Source: Acidaminobacter sp. JC074 (lineage in GTDB: Bacteria > Bacillota > Clostridia > Peptostreptococcales > Acidaminobacteraceae). From it: DNA of 24,000 nucleotides. Shown piece by piece: positions 8,046 through 18,265 of the stretch. The notes under the pieces are model-generated. The model made no database searches. It worked only from the letters and a program-made list of their open reading frames with translations, and was not told the origin of the DNA. The translations under genes and the position numbers were made by a program. Location: assembly GCF_022496765.1 (NCBI RefSeq), contig NZ_VANV01000003.1, forward strand, positions 1-24,000, in the 5' to 3' direction. The first letter of the stretch is position 1; every line of letters begins with the position of its first letter.

Positions 8046-8562
8046 ATTCAATTTCATAAATTGGCTCATAAGTCAAAATGTCTTTGACACGATGACTGTG
8101 CATAAGAGCCAAGGATTTGATTTCTAAATCCAGTGGTGGAATCATAAAATCATTGGTTTGAATATCTAATATAACTTGCCGTCCCATAGTAATATGTGGA
8201 TGGTATTTTCTTTTTTCGAAAGGCAGATCATAAACTTCTAGGAGTTTTCTGAGATTCTTTTGAAGCCTTATTAGGTCTGGACTATCTTTTAATCCAAGCC
8301 ATAAGACAGATTTGTTCTTTTTAGGAAATTCACCAACATGATTGCAGACAAGTGGAAATGAATCATGTGACAAGTGGTCCAAAACTTCCTCGTAAACTGC
8401 AAGGTCTGCCTGTTTGATTTCGCCGATAAATTCCAGTGTCAGATGAATATTATCTTTAGTTACAAATTTGCCTTTTAATGCATGGTTGGACAAGCTGTCA
8501 CGATAAAAAGACAGTTTTTCTTTAGTTTTTTCAGTGAATGTAATCGCGTAAAATACTCGCAT
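8026..8562 (-). CDS. thpR: RNA 2',3'-cyclic phosphodiesterase (2'-5' RNA ligase family)
   Basis: Two HxTx-type motifs: 'DNIHLTLEFIGEI' and 'KYHPHITMGRQ'; 'MRVFYAITFTEKTKEKL'; SD AGGAGGG. Confidence 0.9.
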   Translation of the reverse strand: MRVFYAITFTEKTKEKLSFYRDSLSNHALKGKFVTKDNIHLTLEFIGEIKQADLAVYEEVLDHLSHDSFPLVCNHVGEFPKKNKSVLWLGLKDSPDLIRLQKNLRKLLEVYDLPFEKRKYHPHITMGRQVILDIQTNDFMIPPLDLEIKSLALMHSHRVKDILTYEPIYEIEFSNNPY

Positions 8563-8608
8563 GTGGCCCTCCTGTACATATTATAGCATTTATTTTTGAA
8601 AAAAAGTA

Positions 8609-8637
8609 TTGACTATTTATGCATGTCTATGTATAAT
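8609..8637 (+). promoter_or_regulatory. promoter TTGACT-N17-TATAAT for the T-box/argGH operon
   Basis: -35 8609-8614, -10 8632-8637, spacer 17 nt. Confidence 0.7.
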
Positions 8638-8643
8638 TATTTT

Positions 8644-8924
8644 CAAAATAAGAAATGCGTCAGATAAAAGGATAATATATGGGATCCAGTCCAGCGAATC
8701 AGGGTATGGTGTGAGCCTGATCAAGTATGAACATATTGAGAACCTTTTAAAGCAGCTTGTAAGAACTTATGTAAGACAAGCCGGAAGTCCACCGTTATAG
8801 GGAATAGGTATCGTTTAGTCCGTACTGAAAAAAGAGAGCTTTTGCTAATTTGGGTGGCACCGCGGTCGTAGGATCGTCCCAAGTATGGGTAAGTTTTGTA
8901 TAAATATCCTAGGGATATTTTTTT
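8644..8924 (+). promoter_or_regulatory. T-box leader (tRNA-sensing riboswitch) upstream of argG
   Basis: T-box consensus 'AATTTGGGTGGCACCGCGG' at about 8848-8865, followed by terminator AAATATCC-TAG-GGATATTT-TTTT (8902-8924). Long structured leader upstream of an amino-acid biosynthesis operon. Confidence 0.9.
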
Positions 8925-8941
8925 AGTTTTTGGAGGTAATT

Positions 8942-10204
8942 ATGAAGAAGGTTGTACTTGCATACTCGGGTGGTTTAGACACATCAGTAATTTTAAAGTG
9001 GTTAGAAGTTGAAAAGAATTATGACGTTATTGCTGTTTGTGTAGATGTTGGTCAAAAGGACAATTATGAAGACGTCGCTAAAAAAGCACTTCAAGTAGGT
9101 GCTAAGAAAGTTTATATTGTTGATGCAAAAGAAGCTTTTGTTGAAAATTATGTATTTAAAGGATTAAAGGCTGGGGCCGTTTATGAGTCAAAGTATTTAT
9201 TAGGTACAGCTTATGCTAGACCCTTAATTGCCAAGCAGCTGGTGGAGATTGCCAAAAAAGAAGGTGCTGTTGCTATTTCACATGGGGCAACTGGTAAAGG
9301 GAATGACCAGGTAAGATTTGAGGCTGGTATCATGGCCTTGGCGCCTAAAATAAAAGTCATTGCACCTTGGAGAGAGTGGGATTTAAAATCACGTGAAGAT
9401 TGTATTGCCTATGCAAAAAAATACAATATCCCTTTAACAGTAACTAAGAAGAACATCTATTCAAGAGATGAAAACTTATACCATATCAGTCATGAAGGTG
9501 GTGAGCTTGAGTATCCAGATCAAGAGCATCAAGAAGGTGTTTACAAGTGGGTTTCGCCCATGTCAAAGACACCTGATATTCCTGAGAATATCACCATTGA
9601 CTTTGAAGGGGGTATTCCTGTAAGCGTTAATGGGGAAAAAATGGATCCAGTTCAGCTATTAGGTCATTTGAATAAACTAGGTTCTACCCATAAGGTAGGC
9701 GTTATTGACATCGTTGAGAACAGACTGGTAGGTATGAAGTCTCGTGGTGTATATGAAACACCAGGTGGCACCATCTTACACGAAGCCCACCAAGCCTTAG
9801 AGTCTTTGGTATTAGATAGAGCAACACTTAAGATGAAAAAATCTCTGGCAATCAATTATGCTGATTTGGTTTATGATGGTCTTTGGTTTTCGCCACTCAA
9901 AGATGCCTTAGATGCATTTGTTGATACAACACAAGAAGTGGTAACAGGTCAAGTGGTTTTAACACTTTTCAAAGGCCAAGTAACAGCAGCTTCTATGACA
10001 TCGCCATACTCACTCTATGATGAAGAGTTTGTAACCTTTGGTGAAGACAATGTCTACAAGCAAAATCATGCAGAAGGCTTTATCCAGCTTTTCACATTGC
10101 CACTTAAGATGAAGCATTTGAAACAAGAAGTTAAGACAACAGAAGATGTTTGTCATATGATAGTTAGTGAGGGTACTTATGAAAGCATGGCAGGGACGAT
10201 TTAG
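8942..10204 (+). CDS. argG: argininosuccinate synthase
   Basis: [22 protein letters not shown]...; '[14 protein letters not shown]'; '[18 protein letters not shown]'. ATG at 8942 with SD GGAGGT. Confidence 0.97.
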   Translation: MKKVVLAYSGGLDTSVILKWLEVEKNYDVIAVCVDVGQKDNYEDVAKKALQVGAKKVYIVDAKEAFVENYVFKGLKAGAVYESKYLLGTAYARPLIAKQLVEIAKKEGAVAISHGATGKGNDQVRFEAGIMALAPKIKVIAPWREWDLKSREDCIAYAKKYNIPLTVTKKNIYSRDENLYHISHEGGELEYPDQEHQEGVYKWVSPMSKTPDIPENITIDFEGGIPVSVNGEKMDPVQLLGHLNKLGSTHKVGVIDIVENRLVGMKSRGVYETPGGTILHEAHQALESLVLDRATLKMKKSLAINYADLVYDGLWFSPLKDALDAFVDTTQEVVTGQVVLTLFKGQVTAASMTSPYSLYDEEFVTFGEDNVYKQNHAEGFIQLFTLPLKMKHLKQEVKTTEDVCHMIVSEGTYESMAGTI

Positions 10205-11555
10205 TGAAGCGACACATGAGCTGATGGAGAAATTTAATGCATCCATTGTTTTTGATAAAAGACTTTATAAGGTGGATATAAAGGGGACCATAGCCCATGT
10301 AAAGATGTTATCTTCTATAGGTGTCCTTACTCCTAAGGAAAAAGACACGCTTGTAAAAGGACTAGAAGTATTATTAAAAGACATAGAAGCAGGTCAAGTA
10401 GAGTTTTCTTTAGCTGATGAAGACATTCATATGGGGATTGAAAGAGTGCTGACAGAAAGGCTTGGTCCCGTTGCAAAGAAGATGCATACTGGAAGAAGTC
10501 GTAATGATCAAGTTGCGACAGACATCAGACTTTATGTCAAAGATGCCATATTAGACATTCAGGTATTACTGATGGAAACCATGACGACCTTGTTAAAACT
10601 GTCAAGTGAACATGCCTTTTATATGATGCCTGGCTATACCCATCTTCAAAAGGCACAGCCGATTTATCTTTCTTATCATCTAAATGCCTATATCCACATG
10701 TTTAAAAGGGATTATGAACGTTTGGAAGATGTTTTAAAAAGAACCGATGTTTTACCACTCGGTTCTGGCGCCTTAGCTGGTGTGAACTATGATTCAGACA
10801 GAGAACTTGTTGCAGAAATCTTAAATTTTACAGCGATATCATCTAATGGTCTTGACGCGGTAAGTGACCGAGATTTTATCATAGAATTTCAATCAGCGCT
10901 TTCACTGATTATGATGCATTTAAGTCGTTTATCTGAGGAACTCATTATGTGGCAAACAGAACAGTTTTCCTATATTACAATAGGTGATGCATTTACAACA
11001 GGCTCAAGTCTGATGCCGCAAAAGAAAAATCCAGACGCCTGTGAACTGATCAGAGGTAAGACAGGCAGGGTATTTGGTTCTTTGATGAATATCTTAACAG
11101 TTATGAAATCACTGCCTCTTGCCTATAACAAGGATATGCAAGAAGATAAGGAAGGTTTGTTTGACTCAGTAGATACAGTAGGCATGATCCTGTCACTCTT
11201 ATCACCTATGCTTGAATCTGTAGTTTTTCATGAAGACAAGATGAAAAAGGATGTATATAATTCTTTTCTAAATGCCACTGAACTTGCTGATTATTTGGTA
11301 TCTAAAGATTTTCCTTTCAGAGAGGCGCATCATCTAACAGGGGAGCTTGTAAAGTACTGTATTGATAATGACATCTACCTTTTGGATCTGCCACTTGATG
11401 TTTACAGATCTTATACACCTCTTATAGATGCGTCTGTATATGATGCATTAGACTTTGAAAACGCCATAGAAAATAAGTTGAGCTACGGGTCTACATCGAA
11501 AAAATCTATAGAAGCGGACTTTGAGATTATAAAAGGATTTTTAGAGTCTTTGTAA
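10179..11555 (+). CDS. argH: argininosuccinate lyase
   Basis: [23 protein letters not shown]...; '[17 protein letters not shown]'; '[19 protein letters not shown]'. Overlaps the argG 3' end. Confidence 0.97.
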   Translation: MKAWQGRFSEATHELMEKFNASIVFDKRLYKVDIKGTIAHVKMLSSIGVLTPKEKDTLVKGLEVLLKDIEAGQVEFSLADEDIHMGIERVLTERLGPVAKKMHTGRSRNDQVATDIRLYVKDAILDIQVLLMETMTTLLKLSSEHAFYMMPGYTHLQKAQPIYLSYHLNAYIHMFKRDYERLEDVLKRTDVLPLGSGALAGVNYDSDRELVAEILNFTAISSNGLDAVSDRDFIIEFQSALSLIMMHLSRLSEELIMWQTEQFSYITIGDAFTTGSSLMPQKKNPDACELIRGKTGRVFGSLMNILTVMKSLPLAYNKDMQEDKEGLFDSVDTVGMILSLLSPMLESVVFHEDKMKKDVYNSFLNATELADYLVSKDFPFREAHHLTGELVKYCIDNDIYLLDLPLDVYRSYTPLIDASVYDALDFENAIENKLSYGSTSKKSIEADFEIIKGFLESL

Positions 11556-11592
11556 ATCTTCATTTTCATTATATAATGGATTTGGAGGCTAT

Positions 11593-12243
11593 ATGAAAAC
11601 AGTGGGGTTATTGGGTAGCAGGAATTATAAGAAGGCTACCATGTATTTAGAAGCGATCAATCAAAAGCTAAAGACGCATTTTAGAGAAAAAAGAACAGCT
11701 AAAGTCGTCTTAAATACCATCGATGTTTCTGAAATCAGTAGGGATAAGGTGATCTACTCAAAAGAGTTGATCTATTATTCAACTGTTTTAAGAGAGGCCG
11801 GTGCACATATTCTCGTTCTATGTGATGATCTAGACCATGAGTATGCCAAGTCTATAAGAAGAAACATCAATATGCCGCTCGTTCACATAGGAGAAGCGGT
11901 TGGTGAAAGACTGAAATCTGATAATATTAAGAAGGCACTTTTGATTGGTTCAAGAGAAATCATGCAGGCAGACTTTTTTATCGCTGCCATGAACAGGTCT
12001 GGTGTGACAGTTCATCTACCACCTATGAAGGTCATCAATGAAATTCATGAGATGATTGAAAAGAAAGAGGATCCCATTAAGCTTATCAGCATGATAGAGT
12101 CTTTTAGAATGAAGGGAGTCTCTGGTGTTGTATTGACAGAAGATGTTGGCATAGACCCCAGTGATTTAAGTATCAATGTTTACAATAGTTTTGATATCCA
12201 TGTAGATAAAATCGTTAATGAAATAATGAAAGGTATCATTTAA
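11593..12243 (+). CDS. divergent aspartate/glutamate racemase-superfamily protein
   Basis: N-terminal 'KTVGLLGS..YKKATMYLEAIN', 'AHILVLCDDLDHEYAKSIRRNINMPLVHIGEAVGERLK' and 'GVSGVVLTEDVGI' parallel family motifs (CNTAH, ILGCTEI) but are altered. Confidence 0.65.
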   Translation: MKTVGLLGSRNYKKATMYLEAINQKLKTHFREKRTAKVVLNTIDVSEISRDKVIYSKELIYYSTVLREAGAHILVLCDDLDHEYAKSIRRNINMPLVHIGEAVGERLKSDNIKKALLIGSREIMQADFFIAAMNRSGVTVHLPPMKVINEIHEMIEKKEDPIKLISMIESFRMKGVSGVVLTEDVGIDPSDLSINVYNSFDIHVDKIVNEIMKGII

Positions 12244-12245
12244 GA

Positions 12246-12275
12246 AAGGTAATTCACTATTTGGTGAATTACCTT
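12246..12275. terminator. terminator AAGGTAATTCAC-TATTTG-GTGAATTACCTT followed by CTTTTTT
   Basis: Perfect 12-bp stem between the convergent racemase-like and MCP genes. Confidence 0.85.
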
Positions 12276-12280
12276 CTTTT

Positions 12281-14314
12281 TTAAACTTTGAATTTGTTCA
12301 TTTCGTTTTGAAGAACTTCTGCCATAGAGTTTAGTTCTTCCATGCTAGCTGTAATTTCTTCAATTGAAGCAGATTGCATCTGGATATTGGTAGTGATTTC
12401 ACCAATGGCGCCAGCACCTTCCATAGAAGAATGTGTAATAGAATCCATCGCATGAGAAATATCTTGTGTAACAGCTGTTTGATTATTGATCATACCAGTC
12501 ATGTTGTCGATATTTTCTACAACATTTGAAACCAGTGAAACTATATTACTCATTTCTTTATCTGTATTTTCTATGTTTTGTACACTTACCTTAACCTGTT
12601 CTTTTTCATTGGCAACTGATTTGAGTGCTTGGTTGGACTGTGTCACGATTTCGTCTATAAGTTGCGTGATGCTTTGTGCAGAGGTTCTACTTTCTTCTGC
12701 AAGTTTTCTGACCTCTTCGGCAACAACAGCGAAACCTTTACCATGTTCTCCAGCCCGTGCAGCTTCAATTGCAGCATTTAAGGCCAGCAGATTTACTTGC
12801 TCAGAAATGTTGGTAATTATATCAACGATTTCGCCGATTCTGTCGGTAGACTGGCTTAAAGAGCCCATTACATTTTCCATCTCATTTGATAATGATTGTA
12901 CAACTTCTACACTCTCTTTGGCTTTCAGTAGAGCAGAGGTCCCTTGTTGAGTAGCTGTTAGAACTTCAGCACTATTTTTAGCAACTTCTTCAGCTTTTTC
13001 TGCCATAACCATTGAGTTGCTAGCAATTTCTTCTACAGATGCATTGGTTTCTTTTGTAGTACTTGCATTACTTGTGATGCTTTCATTGATTTCGCTTGCA
13101 CTGTGATTGATGTTTTCTAATGACTTAGAACTTTCGTCCATTGTAGCAGATATTTCAGTTACAGAGGTAGATAAGCTCAGTGCATTATCTGAAACATCTT
13201 TGATGATGATTCTCAGTTTTCCAACAAATACATTGAAGAGTTTACTCATTTCTCCAAATTCATCTTTAGTATCTACTTGAAGTTCTTTAGTCAGATCGCC
13301 TTCACCTTCTGATATATCCTTAAGCATCAAGTTAATGAGTTTGATTGGCTTTACGATTAATCGAATAATGACGAAGGTCATAATTAAGACTATGATAATA
13401 GCTGCGACTAAGATGCCAAATACAATTAATCTTAGATTTTCAACTGGTACCATGGCTTCTGCCACATCCACTTCAATAACAAGTCCTAAGTGTTTATCAC
13501 CGATTTCAACAATACCTAGTGCACCCAATACAGGATTATCTAGATAATCAAGGTATGTGCCTACATTTCTGTATTCATAGTCTTTGTCTTTTAAAGCCTG
13601 TGCGAGTCCGCGTGTACCTTCTGAGTCAACGGATTCAATTAGTGAAGCGTCTTTAATGAAATCACCCAGTAAAGTCTCAGAATATAAGAGTTTGTCTTCA
13701 TTCACCAGGTATGAGTCACCTGATTCTCCTAAAGATTTAACACCAGTATGGACTAGACTGTTAATAACTTCTTGGCTTATGACAATGACAAGAGTTCCAT
13801 CTACCGTACCATTATTCTTTATTGGATAGGCAAAGGCCATTACATTGGTATCCACTAGCCCTGAATAAAACAAGTCGGACCATGTTGGTGTACCTTTTAA
13901 TGCTGGGATCATATAGTCTCTTGTGCTGAGGTCGGCTCCCAGTAGCTGTTGGTCATCTGATAATATGATGATACCGTCTTTGTTCGTCACACTTAGAAAT
14001 GAGTAGCCATAAGAATCGCGTATCTGTTGCATAAATTCCATATCTACAGTAGTCGCAGAATAATTGGGATTGTTAACAGCGTTTCGAAGATTTCTTGATG
14101 CTGTTATTACTTCAGCATCGCCATTTCTTTCGATAAAGTAATTGTTGATTTTGATGATGGTGTTTTCTAGATAAACACCATTACCGCGGTATATGGAAGC
14201 TTCTAGTGAATCCGCAGATCGGAAGTAGGTGATGGCTGCTAAGACAATTAGAGGAATAATACCTACAAGTATAGCAAAGCTGATGAGTTTTGCCCTAAAG
14301 GGAAGTTTGTTCAT
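12281..14314 (-). CDS. methyl-accepting chemotaxis protein with Cache-type sensor and HAMP domain
   Basis: Extracellular sensor '[27 protein letters not shown]', HAMP, and signalling tip '[43 protein letters not shown]'. ATG at 14314 with SD AAAAGGAG; the track ORF goes to 14353. Confidence 0.93.
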   Translation of the reverse strand: MNKLPFRAKLISFAILVGIIPLIVLAAITYFRSADSLEASIYRGNGVYLENTIIKINNYFIERNGDAEVITASRNLRNAVNNPNYSATTVDMEFMQQIRDSYGYSFLSVTNKDGIIILSDDQQLLGADLSTRDYMIPALKGTPTWSDLFYSGLVDTNVMAFAYPIKNNGTVDGTLVIVISQEVINSLVHTGVKSLGESGDSYLVNEDKLLYSETLLGDFIKDASLIESVDSEGTRGLAQALKDKDYEYRNVGTYLDYLDNPVLGALGIVEIGDKHLGLVIEVDVAEAMVPVENLRLIVFGILVAAIIIVLIMTFVIIRLIVKPIKLINLMLKDISEGEGDLTKELQVDTKDEFGEMSKLFNVFVGKLRIIIKDVSDNALSLSTSVTEISATMDESSKSLENINHSASEINESITSNASTTKETNASVEEIASNSMVMAEKAEEVAKNSAEVLTATQQGTSALLKAKESVEVVQSLSNEMENVMGSLSQSTDRIGEIVDIITNISEQVNLLALNAAIEAARAGEHGKGFAVVAEEVRKLAEESRTSAQSITQLIDEIVTQSNQALKSVANEKEQVKVSVQNIENTDKEMSNIVSLVSNVVENIDNMTGMINNQTAVTQDISHAMDSITHSSMEGAGAIGEITTNIQMQSASIEEITASMEELNSMAEVLQNEMNKFKV

Positions 14315-14490
14315 AATTATGTCTCCTTTTCTATATTGAATGTTGGAGTACAAATCTTGCTGAGTTTTATATTAGATAATTTTCGATATACTTGCTTATA
14401 CCCAATTAAAAAGAAAATAACTGTTAAAGTATCATGTAAGCAACTTTTTAGATTTCAATATAGAGATTAATCAGGACGGCTAATTAAAAT

Positions 14491-14519
14491 TTGACACTAG
14501 AACGTATGTTTGGTATAGT
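14491..14519 (+). promoter_or_regulatory. sigma-A promoter TTGACA-N17-TATAGT
   Basis: -35 14491-14496 (perfect), -10 14514-14519, upstream of the PPOX gene. Confidence 0.75.
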
Positions 14520-14556
14520 GGAATAGGGTAGTAATTTAATATAGTGGGAGGAAAAT

Positions 14557-15030
14557 ATGGACAAGTATTTAGAAGGTTTAGAAATGATTGAAGCATCATG
14601 TGGTAATGGTAAAGACAATATAATTGCACTTGCGACTATTGCTATCGAAGACAGTTCAAACGGTAATCCAAGACCATTTGTACGTGAAGTAGACGCATAT
14701 TATGAAGATGGCGTATTTTATGTAACGACTTGGGGAAAGTCTAATAAAATCATGCAGGTTGAACACAATGAGGAAGTTGCATTTGTGGTTTGTCAGGAAG
14801 GTATTTCAGGTTCGGGTATTGGTAAGAATTTAGGATGGGTCATGGATCCTAAAAATGCAGAATTAAGATTAAAGCTTAGAAAAGCCTTTGCCAATTGGTA
14901 TGACCATGCCAATAATGAAGAAGATGAAAACTGTGTTATTATGGCCATTGAAATGACAAGAGGAGCCATTTTTAGAGATGAAGGTAAAATTGTTTATAAT
15001 TTAGATTTCATCAACAAGAGAGCTTTGTAA
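14557..15030 (+). CDS. pyridoxamine 5'-phosphate oxidase-family (FMN-binding split barrel) protein
   Basis: 'GNPRPFVREVDAYYEDGVFYVTTWGKSNKIMQVEHNEEVAFVVC'; SD GGGAGG. Confidence 0.75.
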   Translation: MDKYLEGLEMIEASCGNGKDNIIALATIAIEDSSNGNPRPFVREVDAYYEDGVFYVTTWGKSNKIMQVEHNEEVAFVVCQEGISGSGIGKNLGWVMDPKNAELRLKLRKAFANWYDHANNEEDENCVIMAIEMTRGAIFRDEGKIVYNLDFINKRAL

Positions 15031-15049
15031 TTTATGATTGTAAATAGAA

Positions 15050-15080
15050 AAGAGCAGTTAGACTAAGTCTTTCTGCTCTT
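15050..15080. terminator. terminator hairpin AAGAGCAG...CTGCTCTT between convergent genes
   Basis: 8-bp perfect outer stem with smaller inner stem, flanked by T/A runs. Confidence 0.6.
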
Positions 15081-15099
15081 CTTTGGTTTGAAAACTTGT

Positions 15100-16314
15100 T
15101 TATTGTAAATTTTTTATTCTGTCACTTGTTGGTGGATGACTGTAAGTCAGCTTTACCACCAGTGGGTGAGGTGTTAGATTTGAGAAGTTTTCTCTAGAGA
15201 GTACTTTTAATGCAGAGACCATAGCATCTTTATAACCAGCCTTTTTAGCAACAGCATCGGCTCTGTATTCTGCCTTTCTAGATAAATAAGAAAGCGGCAT
15301 GTTGATCAGGATGCTGATTGGTTCTAATAAGATACCAAATAAGATAATTGAAAAGCCCGTATGTACTTGTGTGAATCCAAAAGCAAGTGACAGTGCGTTT
15401 GATGATAATATCTGAAAAAGTATGGCTAGAAAAATGCCTGTTTGAACCAAAGCGATGACAAAGTTTCTAAAAACATCTTTATGAATTGAATGACCGATCT
15501 CATGGGCTAATACTGAAATGATTTCATCAGTGGTACATTTTTCTAAAAGTGTGTCGTATAAGATGATGCTCTTAAACTTACCAAAACCTGAGAAAAAAGC
15601 ATTGAGTCTTGATGAACGTTTGGATGCATCCATAACGCCGATTGACTTAATCTCATAACCTAGTGATTTAGATAACTGAGTTGCTTTATCATAGAGTTCG
15701 CCTTCTTCAAGTGGTGTTATCTTGTTAAACAACTTGATAAAGACCTTTGTGTATAAAATGTTGATAAGAAGAGTAAAAACTGCCATGGCTATCCATGCGT
15801 ATAGAAGTGCCATTTTACCTGTAAACTCATAGAAGTAGAGTAGAAGTGCTAATAAGCCACCACCTATGATTGCGCCTAATACAAGGCCTTTAATTTGATC
15901 TAATATAAATGTTTTTAGAGTGGTTTTGTTAAAGCCGTATCTTTCTTCTATGTTGAAGGTACGATAAATAGAAAAACCGATCCCAATCATATAGGAAATC
16001 AAAGCATAAACACCTAAGAACAACAAGGTCTGTATGATATTATTTTCTGATAAATTATCTGTAAAAGCTGCAATTCTAGGGAAAACGCCGACTACAAAAA
16101 AGAGTATCAAAACACCTGTATTGATAATCTTTGAAATTAAGTTGAGTTTAAAGACTTCCATGGTATAAAGATGCCATTTCTTATAGTCTTCTTCATCATA
16201 AACATCTTTCACGTTTTCTGGAATAGGCTGGTTTCTATTCTTATAGTTTAGTGTAGATAGTGTGATGTCTATGGTAAATACCAAGAGTATAGCTGCAATT
16301 ATCAATACAAACAT
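15100..16314 (-). CDS. M48-family (Ste24/CAAX prenyl protease-like) integral membrane metallopeptidase
   Basis: HExxH in 'IISVLAHEIGHSIHKD', downstream 'SRKAEYRADAVAKKAGY', C-terminal 'LTYSHPPTSDRIKNL', multiple TM segments. Confidence 0.92.
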   Translation of the reverse strand: MFVLIIAAILLVFTIDITLSTLNYKNRNQPIPENVKDVYDEEDYKKWHLYTMEVFKLNLISKIINTGVLILFFVVGVFPRIAAFTDNLSENNIIQTLLFLGVYALISYMIGIGFSIYRTFNIEERYGFNKTTLKTFILDQIKGLVLGAIIGGGLLALLLYFYEFTGKMALLYAWIAMAVFTLLINILYTKVFIKLFNKITPLEEGELYDKATQLSKSLGYEIKSIGVMDASKRSSRLNAFFSGFGKFKSIILYDTLLEKCTTDEIISVLAHEIGHSIHKDVFRNFVIALVQTGIFLAILFQILSSNALSLAFGFTQVHTGFSIILFGILLEPISILINMPLSYLSRKAEYRADAVAKKAGYKDAMVSALKVLSRENFSNLTPHPLVVKLTYSHPPTSDRIKNLQ

Positions 16315-16323
16315 GATTTCTCC

Positions 16324-16872
16324 TTATAAGAATGTTGTGAAATATCCTAAAATCCCTGCTATTGAAATAAGGATGATAGGGTGCATTTTTTGCCTTAGGG
16401 CAATAAATAATATAACAATGGTAATGATAAATGTTTCGAAGTTAAAAGCAATCTGACCATGGCCGCCACTTAGAATGGTTGTTCTTGCCATAACAAGGGC
16501 TGACGCTAAAATCAAGCCGGCTACAACGGGTCTGATACCCAAGAAAATATGTTTCATTATTGGGTGATCGCTGTACTTGAAAAAGAAACCTGATACAAAC
16601 AGTATCAATAAGAGTGATGGCATAGCCACACCAAGTGTTGCAGACATAGAACCTAAGATACCTGCTGTTTTGTAACCGACAAATGTAGCGGAGTTAACAG
16701 CGATAGGGCCTGGTGTCATTTCAGCGATACCAATTATCTGTACAAATTCTTCTTGTAACAGCCAACCTTCTTTGGTAATCAAATCTGAGATCAATGGTAT
16801 CATGGCATAACCGCCACCAAATGAAAACAAACCTATTTTAAAGAAGGACATAAAGAGTCTAAGATAAATCAT
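16324..16872 (-). CDS. chromate transporter, half-size ChrA subunit
   Basis: 'FKIGLFSFGGGYAMIPLISDLITKEGW...EMTPGPIAVNSATFVGYKTAG'. Confidence 0.9.
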   Translation of the reverse strand: MIYLRLFMSFFKIGLFSFGGGYAMIPLISDLITKEGWLLQEEFVQIIGIAEMTPGPIAVNSATFVGYKTAGILGSMSATLGVAMPSLLLILFVSGFFFKYSDHPIMKHIFLGIRPVVAGLILASALVMARTTILSGGHGQIAFNFETFIITIVILFIALRQKMHPIILISIAGILGYFTTFL

Positions 16873-17422
16873 CGTCGCCTCCTTTATAATGATGGTTGTA
16901 CAAGTAGAGTAAGAAACCTACTAGGCCGCCTCCGATGATCAAGAAAATTGGGCTGATATCAGTAAATAATATAACGACTACTGTTACAATGACCAGCACA
17001 ACACTCAGACCATCATGTATGGCCACCTTCAACATTTTTCTAGCAGCAAGTATAATTAGAACAATGACTGCACCATTAATGCCTGTAAAGATGGCTTTGA
17101 TGGTATTGTTGTCAGAAATTCTAGAGAAGAATGTTGCTATGATTGTGATGATAAAAAAGGATGGCAAGATAACCCCGATGGTTGCAAATATAGCACCTAG
17201 TTTACCGGCTACCTTATAGCCTACTAAGGTTGATGTGTTAATGGCTATTGCACCTGGGAAAGACTGAGAGACTGCAAAATAGTCAAAGATGTCTTCTTTT
17301 TTTACCCATCCCTTGTTGGTCACGATTTCTTCTTCAATCAAAGGAATCATGGCATACCCACCCCCGAAGGTGAATGCCCCTATCTTGAAGAATACTTTAA
17401 AAAGTTCCAAGTAAATGCTCAT
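16859..17422 (-). CDS. chromate transporter, half-size ChrA subunit
   Basis: 'FKIGAFTFGGGYAMIPLIEEEIV...SQSFPGAIAINTSTLVGYKVAGKLG'; overlaps the downstream half-size gene by 14 nt. Confidence 0.9.
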   Translation of the reverse strand: MSIYLELFKVFFKIGAFTFGGGYAMIPLIEEEIVTNKGWVKKEDIFDYFAVSQSFPGAIAINTSTLVGYKVAGKLGAIFATIGVILPSFFIITIIATFFSRISDNNTIKAIFTGINGAVIVLIILAARKMLKVAIHDGLSVVLVIVTVVVILFTDISPIFLIIGGGLVGFLLYLYNHHYKGGDDDLS

Positions 17423-17423
17423 G

Positions 17424-18128
17424 TTATATCTCCAAGATGTCTTTGATTACTTCAGAGGCAATGATTAGACCTGCTACTGAAGGTACAAAAGAAACACTAC
17501 CTGGTGTAGAACGTCTACTTTCTGATGTTTCTAACTCAAATGGTTTTAATGGTTGTTCTTTAGAATAGACAACCTTTACCTTCTTGATACGTCTCTTTTT
17601 AAGTTCATTTCTCATAACCTTAGCAAGAGGGCACATTGATGTTTTAGAGATATCTGCGACTTCTAGCATAGCTGGATTAAGTTTGTTACCTGTACCCATG
17701 CTGCATATAAATGGTAGGTCTAGTTCCTTACATCTTTCAATAATTAAAAGTTTTGATGTGACCATGTCAATGGCATCTACCACATAGTCTAAGTCATTTG
17801 AAATAAGTTCTAGGTTATCTTTGTTAAAAAGAACGGGTAGCGCTGTCACTGTAATATCTGGATTGATCAGCTTGATACGTTCTTTCATGGCTTCAACCTT
17901 TAGTTGACCTACTGTCTGAGTATGTGCATGTATCTGTCGGTTGATATTCGATTCTACAATATCATCAAAGTCTATTAGAACAATGTGGCCGATACCTGTT
18001 CTAGCAAGTGCTTCAACGACAAATGAACCGACACCTCCGATGCCAAATACTGCAACTTTTTTATCCTTAAGTTTATCAATGCCATCTTCTCCAAGAAGCA
18101 TGGCAGATCTTATAAATTTATTATCCAT
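17424..18128 (-). CDS. tcdA: tRNA threonylcarbamoyladenosine dehydratase (ThiF/E1 family)
   Basis: 'VAVFGIGGVGSFVVEALARTGIGHIVLIDFDDIVESNINRQIHA'; 'TPGSVSFVPSVAGLIIASEVI'. ATG at 18128 with SD GGAGG. Confidence 0.88.
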   Translation of the reverse strand: MDNKFIRSAMLLGEDGIDKLKDKKVAVFGIGGVGSFVVEALARTGIGHIVLIDFDDIVESNINRQIHAHTQTVGQLKVEAMKERIKLINPDITVTALPVLFNKDNLELISNDLDYVVDAIDMVTSKLLIIERCKELDLPFICSMGTGNKLNPAMLEVADISKTSMCPLAKVMRNELKKRRIKKVKVVYSKEQPLKPFELETSESRRSTPGSVSFVPSVAGLIIASEVIKDILEI

Positions 18129-18183
18129 AGTAACCTCCGTTTTCATTATATATCTATATAGTTTTTTTTCAAGTAATCTTTTT

Positions 18184-18223
18184 ATCGTTAAAACTTATCA
18201 ATCGTTAAAATATAGGGTATAAT
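18184..18223 (+). promoter_or_regulatory. promoter (TTATCA-N17-TATAAT) with a 10-bp direct repeat ATCGTTAAAA spaced 17 nt
   Basis: Repeats at 18184-18193 and 18201-18210; -35 18195-18200; -10 18218-18223, upstream of the winged-helix regulator. Confidence 0.5.
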
Positions 18224-18265
18224 AAATATGTTGTTGATTAGATGTTATGTTGGAGGAACGTTAAA

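Noticed and set aside
8609-8800. Plus-strand 63-aa ORF in the track
   Set aside because: Lies on the argG promoter and T-box leader. It has no SD and its translation shows no protein-like features.
12486-13829. Three plus-strand ORFs antisense to the chemotaxis receptor
   Set aside because: Ser/Thr/Ile-rich mirror translations of a conserved MCP gene; typical spurious antisense ORFs.
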